This document shows, in pieces, positions 11,312-22,991 of a stretch of 64,000 nucleotides of DNA. This DNA comes from Malacoraja senta (taxonomy: Eukaryota): the NCBI GenBank assembly GCA_038087875.1, contig CM075993.1, forward strand, positions 7,256,001 through 7,320,000. Reading direction: 5' to 3'. A program made the position numbers and the translations under genes. The first letter of the stretch is position 1; the number at the start of each line of letters is the position of its first letter. The notes beneath the pieces were generated by a model. The model made no database searches. It had not been told where the DNA came from and saw only the letters and a list, made by a program, of their open reading frames with translations.

Positions 11312-14248
11312 TGTGGTGTATGCCCCTTTAAGAGATATCATACACCTATTGTAATACCGGTAGCCACAAAAGGGGGCTTGCTTAGTATAAAAGCCCTGGT
11401 GGTAGTGTGAGCACTCTCTCTTCCTTTCCCCCCTCTGAAACCATGATTAAAGGCACGTTGTTTTACCTGATGGTTTCTCGATGGTTATTTAAGTATCTGA
11501 CTCCAGTACTTAACAGTTGCGACGAGATTAAAGAACCCTGATGTCTTACCGACCTCGGCATCCTGAAAGATCGAGTGGAGAACGCTCCCCGCACCCTCCC
11601 AAGGCAAAGAAGCTTGGTAGAGGCGGGTGTGTGGTTGAGGCTGGACTGGAGCTCCAAAGTTGTGAGGGTTGGGGCAAAGTGCAGTCAAGGGGGAGAAGTG
11701 ACCTCAGAGAGCGGGCCCCAGGAACGCATTGGTAGTTGGGGTGAATACCGTCGGTAGTGCATAGTGTGCCGGTGGGGGTTTTCCAGTTTCAGCAGTTAAA
11801 GAGGCCTGTATACCCAATGGAGGCTGAAGAGACTGGTTGGAAACGGACCTAGAGGGTCCAGGAAAAAGAAACGCTGCGAGAGAAGGGCGCAGACAGGGCG
11901 GGAACCGCCATTTTTGGCACGCCTAAAAACCGGAAAGAGAAGGGTGCAAAAGCGGGAACCGCCATTTTTGGCACGCCTAAAAACGGAAGAGAAGGGTGCC
12001 ATTTTACAAGTTTTACAAATTCCATTGAAGCTAATTGATGAGCAACATGGCAATAAAAGGAAAATTTGGAATCTTCGAGAGCAACTTAGAGACTTGGGAC
12101 ACATATTTGGAAAGATTTGATGTTTTCTGTACTGTTAATGATATAGCAGATGATAAGAAAGCTGTGAATTTATTGAATTATATGGGTGCTAAGACTTATG
12201 GATTAGCAAAGGGGTTGTTACATCCTACAAAAGCTGCAAATGCAACATTTAAACAGATATCTGATAAATTAAAGGAACACTTGAATCCAGCACCATTGTT
12301 CTTATCTGAGCGTTTTGCATTTTATAAAAGGACCAGCAGTTAGAAGAAACTGTGGCACAATTTCTGGCAGAGCTAAGAACATTAGCTGTATTTTGTAAAT
12401 TTGATGATTTTTTAAATCGAGCATTACGGGATAGATTTATTTGTGGATTGAAAAGTGAGACTCTATTACAAAAACTGTTAGCTGAGGGTGATATAGATTT
12501 GTCCAAAGCATTTACAATGGCTACGTCATTTGAGAAAGCCCAAGATGGCACGGCGGCCATACAACAGAAGAGTCCAGAGTTTGAAACCCATAAATTATTA
12601 CCAAAGGCTGAGAGATGTGTCCGGTGTGGAAAAACCACTCACCATCAGAAAGATTGCTGGTTTAAAGATAAAATATGTAATGGATGTGGAAAAGTGGGTC
12701 ACATTGTACGGGCTTGTAGGTCAAAGAAGCCTGGTAGAAGTGAACACTATAGAGCAAGGACATTGGGGGCTGAGGCCAAGTTAGTCCATGAAGTTAGGGA
12801 AAGTAGTGTGAGCAGCAGTTGTAGTGACTCAGACGTAGAAGCAAGAGAAGTAAGTTGCTTAAAGATTAAAGCAGTGCAGAATTCGACAGAACTGGATACA
12901 ATGTGGGTAATGTTGACCATTTCAGGAGTTTCATTGAAACTAGAACTGGATACTGGTTCAGCGTTAACGGTGATAAATGAGAAGGATTATTATAGGTATT
13001 TTTCACAAGAACGGTTGCAGAAGACTAATATTGCTTTAAAAACTTATACGGGTCAAAAGGTTAGGCCAAAAGGAAGGATTGAGGTATCAGCCAAGTACAA
13101 TGGTATGACAGTGAGGAATCTGTTTATATACGTGCTGAGGGAAGGCGGACGGCCATTACTGGGTAGAGAGTGGGCTAGGAGACTGAAATTTGATTGGTCA
13201 ACTATTCACTCATTAAAGCACAGGGAGCTGGGGTTAACAGGGCCCTTGCAAAGTAAATTGGTTGAAGTAAAGCATCGGGAGCGGGGGTTAATAGGACCCT
13301 CAAAAAGTAAATTGGCTGAAGTGTTGGCAACAGCTCCAGAGGTGTTTTCAATCAGGACTTGGCAAGTTGGTTGGTATTCAAGCTACTATATCAATTACTG
13401 AGGGGTCTGCCCCCAAGTTTTTTAAACCTCGACCAGTACCGTTTGCAATTAGACCAGCAGTGGAAGCTGAATTAGATAACTTAGAGCAACAAGGAGTGCT
13501 CTCAAGGATAGATTGGAGTGAATGGGCTACACCTATTGTGCCAGTTATGAAAAAGGCTTTGCCGGATGGCCCGGGATTAGCACAGAAAGTACGTATTTGT
13601 GGGTGATTTTAAAGTTTACAGTGAATCCAGTGTAAAAAGTAGTACAATATCCATTGCCAAAGATTGATGAGATTTTTGCCTCATTGGCAGGAGGGCAACA
13701 TTTTTCTAAAATAGATCTGGCACAAGCATATTTGCAGATGGAGGTAGAGGAAGATTCCAGACATTACCTGACGATTAATACGCATAAAGGCTTGTATAGG
13801 TATAATAGGTTGGTTTTTGGGGTAGCTTCGGCGCCGGCTATGTGGCAGAGAGCCATGGAGCAGGTGCTGCAAGGTATTCCAGGTACCCAATGTTACTTGG
13901 ATGATATTTTGATCACAGGTAGGACGGTGGAAGAACACCTCTCCAATTTGGAACGGGTGTTGGGCAGGTTAAAACGTTATGGCCTTAGGGCTAACAAGGC
14001 CAAGTGTGACTTCTTCAAGGAACAACTGGTGTATGTGGACATTTGATTGATAGACATGGGTTGCATAAATCACCAGACAAAATTGCTGCGGAAGTAAATG
14101 CGCCAGCTCCGGTGAATGTGTCACAGTTACGCTCATTTCTGGGACTGATAAATTACTATCATAAATTTTTGCCAAACTTATCTGCTATCCTGTATCCATT
14201 AAATGGATTGTTAAAATCAGGGGTGAAATGGAATTGGTCGTTGGAAGC
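11312..14248 (+). mobile_element. Second Gypsy (Mag-like) nested in the outer gag, 3'-deleted
   Basis: LTR-like TGT...ACA at 11312-11515 followed by PBS-like gttgcgacgag. gag starts at 12047 (WDTYLERF, LRDRFICGL, CX2CX3HX4C and CX2CX4HX4C). Protease ELDTGS and RT CYLDD are present, with frameshifts. It ends abruptly after GVKWNWS, with no RNase H, integrase or 3' LTR. It is visibly more AT-rich than the host element. Confidence 0.9.
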
Positions 14249-17200
14249 GAGCATATTGACGCTTTTATTGCCTCTTTGCGTCATATGGCTCGGCGCTGTC
14301 GCCTTGAAACAATCTCCACGGACGAATTGATCAGGGATGTCCTGGTCAATGGTCTCCTGAACGCTAAGCTGCGTGACGAGCTCCTTATGAAACATGATTT
14401 GACACTAAGGGAGGCTATGCATGCCGCTCGTATGGCCTCTGCTGTTAGCTCCGTGTCTCAACCGGTGTCCCAGGACATTAACTTTACCGGTGCAGCTGGC
14501 CGCCGGCGGAACACTGGTCCGCCACGACGAAACCCCGCTGCAATGCCCGCTAAGGTCACCCCACGCCGTTGCCCCAATTGTAATTTTTCTTTCCACCAGT
14601 TCAACGTTTGCCCCGCGCAGGGTAAGACTTGTAATTCCTGTGGCAAACTGAACCACTTTTCAGCGGCTTGTCGGTCCCGTGATAAGCCGCTCCCTGCTCC
14701 AAGGAGGAATTTAAACAACCTTGCAGACCCTGATAGCGCGCTTGGTTATCAGTACCAGTCGGACTTTGATAGGAGCTCCTCCCATGGTGATTCAAACGGT
14801 GTTTTTGCTTTTGGGTGCACCTGCTACGATAACAGATCCCTCTGTGCATGTTACTGTGAATGGCCATTGATTCTCTGCCAAGGTCGATACTGGTGCCTTT
14901 GCAAATGTTATGTCTGTCAGCCTTTTCAAGCGGATAAGATCTGGGGAGATAGTTACTCCCGATGACACCCGCCTTCATGTCTATGGGGGAGGAGTTCTAG
15001 TTCCAGTGGGGAAGGCCACGCTTATCTGCACAGTCCTTGAGACTTCTCGGCCCCTCACCTTCCACCTGCTGGATTCTGACAACGTCACCCTGTTGGGTGC
15101 CCGTGCGTGCCAGGACCTTGGCTTGGTTTCTTTCCACCGCGGAATTCACCTGGTGCAGGCCCCCATGGACCCCCTGGGCGAATACCCCGACCGTTTTGAT
15201 GACATTTTGGGCAAATTGCCCTGTGACTATAAAATCGTTGTCGACCCGAGTGTCGACCCGGTGGTTCGACCGGCCCACCGCGTCTCCTTTGCTATGAAGG
15301 GCCGCGTGGAATCTACTCTGCGTGATATGGTGACCATGGGCATCCTCAAGGAGGTGAGCGCTCCCACCAGGTGGGTCTCAAACATGGTTGTCGCTGCCAA
15401 GAAGGATAAGAGCGAGATCCAGATCTGCATTAACCCAAAGGACCTGAACCTGGCCATCAAGCGCCCGCACTACCCCATGCGGACGGTGGAGGACGTCGCT
15501 GCACAGGTCGGTCCTGCCACTGTCTTCTCTGTCTTAGACGCCAAAAGCTCATTTTGGCAGATCCCTTTAGATGAACGTTCCTCATTCCTGACCACCTTCA
15601 TCACACCTTTCGGCAGGTTCCGTTTCCTCCGCATGCCGTTTGGGATCAACTCGGCTAGTGAGGTTTTCCAGCGCACCATGGAACAGCTGTTCGCTGGGTT
15701 GCCGTCCGCTATCATCGTGGATGACATCCTGGTGTACGGGAGGGACGTCGCTGAGCACGACCTGCACCTCCGCAAAGTCCTGGACAGGGCTCGTAAAATC
15801 AATCTCAAGCTCAACCCCAAGAAGTGTCGGTTCCGGGTCCCGGAAGTCACTTACGTCGGTCACGTTTTCACGGCGGGGGGTTTAAAGCCTGACCCCCAGA
15901 AAACATCAGCAGTCACCGAGATGCCCGCTCCTACTGATGTTCCCGGCCTGCAGCGCTTCCTGGGCCTGGTCAATTACCTGGGGAAGTTCATACCTGACCT
16001 CAGCGAACTGAGTGCTCCCCTGAGGGAGCTGATCAAGAAGGACTCCGCATGGGTCTGGCTCCCGCATCACCAGTCGGCGTTCGTGGCTCTGAAGTCCAAG
16101 CTCACACACACACCGACTCTCAAGTTCTTCGATCTGCACAGACCAATTGTCCTCACTTGTGATGCCTCTAAGTTCGGTCTCGGTGCCGCATGTCTGCAGC
16201 TTTATGACGGCCTGCAGCTACCTGTCTCCTACGCTTCTCGCACCATGACCCCTGCCGAGCAATGTTATGCCCAGATCGAGAAGGAGCTACTTGCCGTGGT
16301 GTTCGCCTGCTCCAAGTTTAAGGACTACATTCTGGGCAACACCTTCACCATTGAGACTGACCACCAGCCGCTGGTCACTATTCTGAACAAGCCTATCCAT
16401 GTCGCCTCTTCCCGGTTGCAGCGGATGATGCTGCAGCTCCAGCGTTTCACGTTCCGGATTGTGTACCGCAAGGGCAAAGATATGTTTGTGGCCGACACAT
16501 TGTCCCGTGCGCCGCTCCTTCAGTTGCCCGCCACCCGTACGAATCGTCTGACCTGATGGTACAGAATGTTAACATTGTTCCATCCCAGCAGATGCAGTCC
16601 CTGGTCAAACACACTGCTGATGATCCTGCCCTGCAACAACTTGCGGACGTTATCCGCCGTGGTTGGCCTGACCGACGCTCTTCCCTGCCGGCTGGTGCCG
16701 TGCCCTACTTCCTGGTTCGTGATGAACTGGTGCTACACGACGGCGTGGTGGTGAAGGGTCACAAGGTCGTGGTGCCGGCCGCTCGGCGGGATCACTATTT
16801 CCAATCTGCACACAACGGCCACCCCGGGGTGGAGGCCACTTTGTCACAGGCCCAGAGCCAATTCTACTGGCCAGGTATGGCTCAGGACATCCGTGACAGG
16901 GTCTCCGTTTGCGCTGCCTGTAACAGTCTCCTGCCTCATCAGCAGCACCAGCCCCTCCTGCAGCAGCCGGCCCCCGAGCTACCGTGGATGTCTGTTGCCA
17001 CGGACTTTTTCGAATGGCGTAGCAAGCACTTCCTGGTCCTGGTGGACTCATACTTCCAGTTGGTTTGAGGTGGATCAGCTGCCTTCCATCACCTCTGCCG
17101 TCGTCATCGGGAAGCTTTGCCATCACTTTTGCACCTTCGGATCCCCGGTGACCCTCCAATCGGACAACGGCAGCCAGTTCTCCAGCGCCGAGTTCCGTGC

Positions 17201-18141
17201 CTTCGCTGCCCGTTGGAACTTCGCCACATCACCAGCAGCCCTGAGTATCCGCAGAGCAACGGCCTTGCGGAACGCGCCGTCCGCAGTGCCAAGGAGCTGC
17301 TGGAACACTGCCGCCTTTCACATTCCGACTTCTACCTTGCCCTCCTCAACCTCCGCAACATTTCCCGCGACCCCGCGCTCGGTTCACCTGCCCAACGCCT
17401 CATGTCCCGCACCACTAGACCACCTCTCCCTGTCTCGCAACAGTCCCTCAAACCCTCGGTCCAGAACTCTGCTGCTGTCACAGAGCGCATCATCGAGAAG
17501 AAAGCCATCCAGAAGCGCTCCTTTGACAAGTCGGCCCGGCCGCTTCCTTGCCTGTTCCCGGGCCAGGTGGTTCGGATGCAGTCCCCTCCGGGCACTACAG
17601 GCTGGCCGTAGTGGTTGGTAATGCCGGCTCTCCCCGGTCATACCTCGTCGACTATGAGGGCGCTAACTACCGTCGGTCACGCCAGCACCTCCTGCTCGTC
17701 AACGAGCCTCCTCCGCCTCCCGCGGACCCGTTTCAGCCACCTATCCCTTCCATTCTGCCCGAGGCTCCGCCAGCCCGTCACTCCTCGCATGTCACGGAAA
17801 CTGCCCTCCCAGCTCTCTATGCCCCGCGCTCACAAGCTTCTTTCCCCTGCCTTGCCTGCCAGCGTGCCCGTTTCGCCTCGCTGTTCTCCTCCGTCTCCGG
17901 TTCGTTCCCCGCCCGGCTCTCCCACCTCTTTCCCTGACTCTGTCCCTTCTGCTCCTGCGGTTGAGGGGGAATGCGGGTTGCGCACCCGCTCTGGCCGGTT
18001 GGTCAAGCCGCCTGTCCGTTACGGGGAGCTTGCTTAGCTGTGTTATGACACGATTAACTGTTCCCAGCGCGGTTTGTAATCCTAGCGTATGAGCCGTGGT
18101 CGCTCTGTGTATTGCCATGTTTTTGTTTCCAAGAGGAGGGA

Positions 18142-18345
18142 TGTAGATCAGTGCATGTTCCTTTAACTTAGTGACCTCACCACTACTAACCACTCCCCAT
18201 TGTCTCTCCTATAATTGTAAGGTCCCCACCTCCAGCCCACTCTCTAGCTCCAGTGATGACCACGGACAGCTATTGCATGGTGTGTGTTAGTGATTATAAT
18301 AAACCATCAGTAAAAGACTCTGTGTAGGAACCAAGTCATTTTACA
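18142..18345 (+). repeat. 3' LTR of outer Gypsy
   Basis: Preceded by the polypurine tract and followed by TSD GGACC. Confidence 0.95.
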
Positions 18346-18424
18346 GGACCGAGATGAGGAAAACATTTTTCACACAGAGAGTGGTCAATCCCTGGAATTC
18401 CTCTGCCACAGAAGGTAGTTGAGG

Positions 18425-18624
18425 NNNNNNNNNNNNNNNNNNNNNNNNNNNNNNNNNNNNNNNNNNNNNNNNNNNNNNNNNNNNNNNNNNNNNNNNNNNN
18501 NNNNNNNNNNNNNNNNNNNNNNNNNNNNNNNNNNNNNNNNNNNNNNNNNNNNNNNNNNNNNNNNNNNNNNNNNNNNNNNNNNNNNNNNNNNNNNNNNNNN
18601 NNNNNNNNNNNNNNNNNNNNNNNN
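18425..18624. other. Assembly gap (200 N)
   Basis: Run of n characters. Confidence 1.
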
Positions 18625-20399
18625 GCTCCATGTGGATGACTTCTATTGAAAGGTCATTCATTGATCTGAGAAATGTTTCTCCTTCAGCAATGCTGTTTGG
18701 CCTACTGAGTATTTATTACGTTTCCTGTTTGTTTCAAGTTTTCAATGTCTGAAGCATTTTTGCCTTTCTTTGACAGGGACAAAGTTTAAATGGTTTCTGG
18801 AATCTGACTGACTTTCTTCAGCTAAATGATGGTTATGTGACTAGATTCTAGGTTTTGATTACTGGGACACTTCATATCCGCACAGCACAGCACAAGCATG
18901 CCCTTGATGTGGACGCAAGATAAAATTCGATACTTTGACATTGGGAATTGGGAAAACTTCTTGTAGTTTAAACTTTAGATAACCTTGAACTTTTGTAAAC
19001 AAATTCTCAGTTTATGTGTCAATGTCATTAGGGCAGATCAGTGGCAAAACAGCAGAGTTGCTGCCTTACAGAGGCCCGGGTTCGATCCTGGCTACAGGTG
19101 CTGTCTATATGGAGTTTGTACATTCTGCCCGTTAGTTTTCTCCGGTTGCTCTGGTTTTCTCCCGCATTCCAAAGACATGCAGGTTAATTGGCTTCGGTAA
19201 AATTGTAAATTGTCCGTGGTGCGTGTGTAGGATAGTGTTAGGTGTGCTGGGGTTGCTAGTCAGCGTGGATTCGGTGGGCCGATGCGCCTGTTTCCACACT
19301 GTATTTCTAAAGTTTAAAGTAAAAGTCGTGTTCAATGCTTTCCTGTAAATATGTGCTTCGGAGGAGAGGACCATGTATGTGTTTAACAGCTAAATTAGAA
19401 ATGTGCAGCAATTGCTGTTGCTGATTTTTGTTTTTAAAGTCAAGTCGAGTTCATTGAACAAGTACGGTGAGGCACAGGTACTATGGAAAATGTTGCATGC
19501 AGCAGTATCACAGCCACAAACTCGGATAAACGCACACAAACAGAAATCATATATAAATCGCACAGATTCTGCAAGACGGTAAAAGGAAAAGGACTGCAAA
19601 AAAAACACATTTGTGTGTAACACAATTAGGAAAAAAATCTATGGTAGTGCAAGAGGTGATTTATTCTGAACCGTTTAGTACCTCTAGTTTCCCTCTCCCC
19701 TGAACCTGTCTAAAGAAGGGTCTCGACACCTATACCTTTACTCCAGTGATGCTGCCTGACTCGCTGAGTTACTCCAGCATTTTGTGCCTATCTTCTCTGT
19801 AAACCAGCATCTGCAGTTGCTTTCCACACAGGTGATCTGTAGTGTTCTGTTGAGAGAAGATTAGGGTTGTACGAGTTGGTTCAAGAACCTGACAGTTGTA
19901 GGAAGATGTTTAAGAAGGAACTGCAGATGCTGGAAAATCGAAGGTAGACAAAAATGCTGGAGAAACTCCGCGGGAGAGGCAGCATCTATGGAGCGAAGGA
20001 AGTAGGCAACGTTTCGGGTCAAAACGCTGCCTATTTCCTTCGCTCCGTAGATGCTGCCGCACCCGCTGAGTTTCTCCAGCACTTTTGTCTAGTCGTAGGA
20101 AGATAGCTGTTCCTGAATCTGGTGACATGGGACTTAAGGCTTCTGTATTCCTGCCTGATGGTAGCAGTGAGAAGAGGGGACAGCTTAGATGATGGGGATC
20201 CTTGATAATAGATACCACCTTCTTGAGGCAGCGCCTCATGTAGATGCTTTTGATGGCGGGGAGGTTTGTGTCGTGATGGACTGGGCTAAATTGGAATGAG
20301 ATTACTGAGTAAATATCATTTGGGGTGCGTGTGCTGTTCTGTACAGAAATGCAACTATACAAAATCCTAAACTATGATTGAGGTTTGCTATAATTGGAT

Positions 20400-20900
20400 T
20401 AGACAATAGGTGCAGGAGTAGGCCATTCGGCCCTTCGAGCCAGCGCCGCCATTCAATGTGATCATGGCTGATCATCCCCAAACAGTACCCCGTTCCTGCC
20501 TTCTCCCCATATCCCCTGACTCCGCTATTTTTAAGAGCCCTATCTAGCTCTCTCTTGAAAGCATCCAGAGAACCCGCCTCCACCGCCCTCTGAGGCAGAG
20601 AATTCCACAGACTCACCACTCTCTGTGATAAAAAGTGTTTCCTTGTCTCCGTTCTAAATGGCTTACCCCTTATTCTTAAACTGTGGCCCCTGGTTCTGGA
20701 CTCCCCCAACATCGGGAACATGTTTCCTGCCTCTAGCGTGTCCAAGCCCTTAACAATCTTATATGTTTCAATGAGATTCCCTCTCATCCTTCTAAACTCC
20801 AGAGTGTACAAGCCCAGCTGCTCCATTCTCTCAGCATATGACAGTCCCGCCATCCCGGGAATTAACCTTGTAAACCTTGCACTCCCTCAATAGCAAGAAT
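20400..20900 (-). mobile_element. CR1 LINE 3' fragment
   Basis: ORF 20302..20853 (MAGLSYAERM...RVVSLWNSLP); near-identical to 26238-26714. Confidence 0.85.
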
Positions 20901-21816
20901 TGTAAACCTACGCTACGCTACGATTGTGTGTCTTTTAGTTGCTGATGCTGGAAACCTTGCAATAAAGTGTGTGTCCATGCATACAGTTTTACTGAGGACG
21001 TAATAGATCATGACAGTGGCAGCAGTGTGACAAATTGCATGTTGTGTCGGGTTGTGCGGTGGCTCCACTGACCACCTTCAAAATTAACTGCACTCACAAT
21101 CCGTCCACAGAAACATTTCAGCTTTCAAAATGTTTATACAGTTTTGAGAAGCAGAAGCATGTATCTATATATTGTGAATGGTTCGATTGTAATCATGTCT
21201 TGTCTTTCAGCTGACTGGTCAGCACGGAACAAAAGCTTTTCGCTGTAACACATTTGTAACACATGACGATATACTAAACAACGTTTTTAATCTTGAATTT
21301 AAATTGGTAATGAATGGGAGACATTGCCAACTGAATCAGAAGTTGCAGTTTGAACTCCATTCCATCCTATCACCAACTGGAGAGTGGTTCTGAACTCCCA
21401 TTGGATACCTTTCTTTTTTTTTCTTTTTTAAAAAATTTATTAGAAACAAATGTACAAGAGTAGAACAATCGGCATATAAAATTATACAGTTAATGTACAG
21501 CTTCAATTTTAACTTTAAAATAGAGGAAAAGAAAAGAGAAAGAACAAGAGAGAAAAAGTGAGAGGTGCAAAGAAGGACCCCATGACTACCAAAGTATCAT
21601 TGGATATCTTTCATCGAAATTCACTGGACTTTATCTTGCAGTAAACTTTATTTCCTTTATCCTGTATCTGTACACTGTGGACAGTTTGATTGTACTCGGC
21701 TTGATGTACAGTCTTTGCTAACAGGATAGCACGCGGAAATAAAAAAATAAAAGCATGTACATGTGACAATGAGAAACTAAGCTGAACTCTGTTTCTGTCC
21801 ACAGACCCTGGAAGCC

Positions 21817-22560
21817 ATGGAGGTGGGCCACATCCCAGTGTCCGAGGGTCTGCCTCACGCCAGTGACATGACTGAGAAAGCCAGGAGCTACTCCACGTCT
21901 CAGTCGAAGCCCAGAAGCATGAATGCATACCCGCCGGTCTGCCGCTTTTACTCTCGAGGAAAGTACTGCCAGTTTGGCCGTAGGTGCCGGTTCCTGCACG
22001 AGCACCTGGAGCCACGGACGGCTCCAGGGGTGCCAGACAGCCCGTGCAGCGGTGCTGCAGCCGCGGAGAGCGCCCCTCGGTGCCAGGGCGGCGCCGAGTG
22101 CCCCACTGACGGCGGCACGGTGCGGTTTGCCGAGGACCCGGCCGCGCAGGGCCGAACGCGGTTTGGAACGCCCAAGCCGCCGCCGCCGGCGGCCCTCAGA
22201 GACAGAGCGAGGAGGCCGTGCCGCTACTTCCTGAACGGCTACTGCGTGATGGAGGAGCGGTGCCGCTTCTGGCACCCCGAGAGGTTGCCTGCCGTCAGGG
22301 ACCCCCTGGACCACGAGCCCGCCCGCATCAGCCTGAGACCGCCGGGGCCGCTCATACGAACGGCCGTCCCCCGTCCCGCCGTGGTTAAGGACGAGGTGAA
22401 GCTCACCGAGCTGACCCAAGAGGTCGCCCGCCAACTCCGAGACACTGAGATCAGCCAGCTGTTGAAACGCTTCCCCAAGGACCAGCTCATCGTTCAGAAG
22501 AGTGAGGATGGGAAGCAGACTTACTACCGCATCATGGTGGAGCCTACAGACCCCGACTGG
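21817..22560 (+). CDS. Coding exon 1 of an 11-coding-exon CCCH / RWD-like / CHY zinc-finger gene (start codon, two CCCH fingers, start of RWD-like domain)
   Basis: Acceptor ttctgtccacag ends at 21804 and the Kozak-like gccATGG has its ATG at 21817. CCCH motifs are CRFYSRGKYCQFGRRCRFLH (21940-21999) and CRYFLNGYCVMEERCRFWH (22219-22275). The exon ends VEPTDPDW, followed by donor gtgagt at 22561 (phase 0). Confidence 0.92.
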
Positions 22561-22808
22561 GTGAGTCCTGCACTCCCAACACTGCGTGGATCGAGTGATT
22601 TGAAGGAAACCGGCGCTTCGGCCCACCAGGTCCACGCCGACCATCGATCACCTGTTCGCACTAGTTCTGTGTTCGTAAGTTAGTGTTATGGGAGCAGAAT
22701 TAGGCCATTCAGCCCAGCACGTTTACTCTGCCACTTAACCATGGCTGATCTATTTTTCCCTCTTAACTCAATTTTCCTGCTTTCTTCCCAAAATCCCTGA
22801 CACCCTAA

Positions 22809-22991
22809 ATGGCCTGTCCCACTTATGTGATTTTTTTTTGGCAACTTGCCGGCACCCGTCATAGCCACAGCAGGTGGCCGAAATTTTCAACATGTTGAAA
22901 ATCCTGCGGCGACCAGAAAAAGGTACGGCTCTTTGGGCGACTACTCACACCATACAGGCGCCGAAAAAATCGCGTAACTGGGACAGGCCCT
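22809..22991. mobile_element. PIF/Harbinger-type MITE (related to 48548-48878)
   Basis: TIR ggcctgtccca / tgggacaggcc; TAA flanks; shares the internal palindrome ttttcaacatgttgaaaa. Confidence 0.75.

Larger units (their letters stand above)
10698..18345 (+). mobile_element. Gypsy/Ty3 LTR retrotransposon (Mag-like), both LTRs present, coding region decayed
   Basis: LTRs TGT...ACA at 10698-10947 and 18142-18345. PBS tggtgtca at 10948; PPT aagaggaggga at 18131-18141; TSD GGACC at 10693-10697 and 18346-18350. gag starts at 11046 and resumes at about 14249 (CCHC knuckles). Protease VDTGA, RT IVDD, RNase H CDAS/TDHQPL, and integrase HHCC plus SDNG/NGLAER run to about 18037. Confidence 0.96.

Noticed and set aside
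14228..14965. Domesticated gag-like host gene
   Set aside because: It is the 3' half of the outer Gypsy gag, bounded by LTRs and followed by a frameshifted pol.
18341..18661. ORFs with X runs
   Set aside because: Artefacts of the 200-N gap.
21718..22644. 308-aa minus-strand ORF
   Set aside because: It is the antisense shadow of the GC-rich coding exon 1 and has no motifs.
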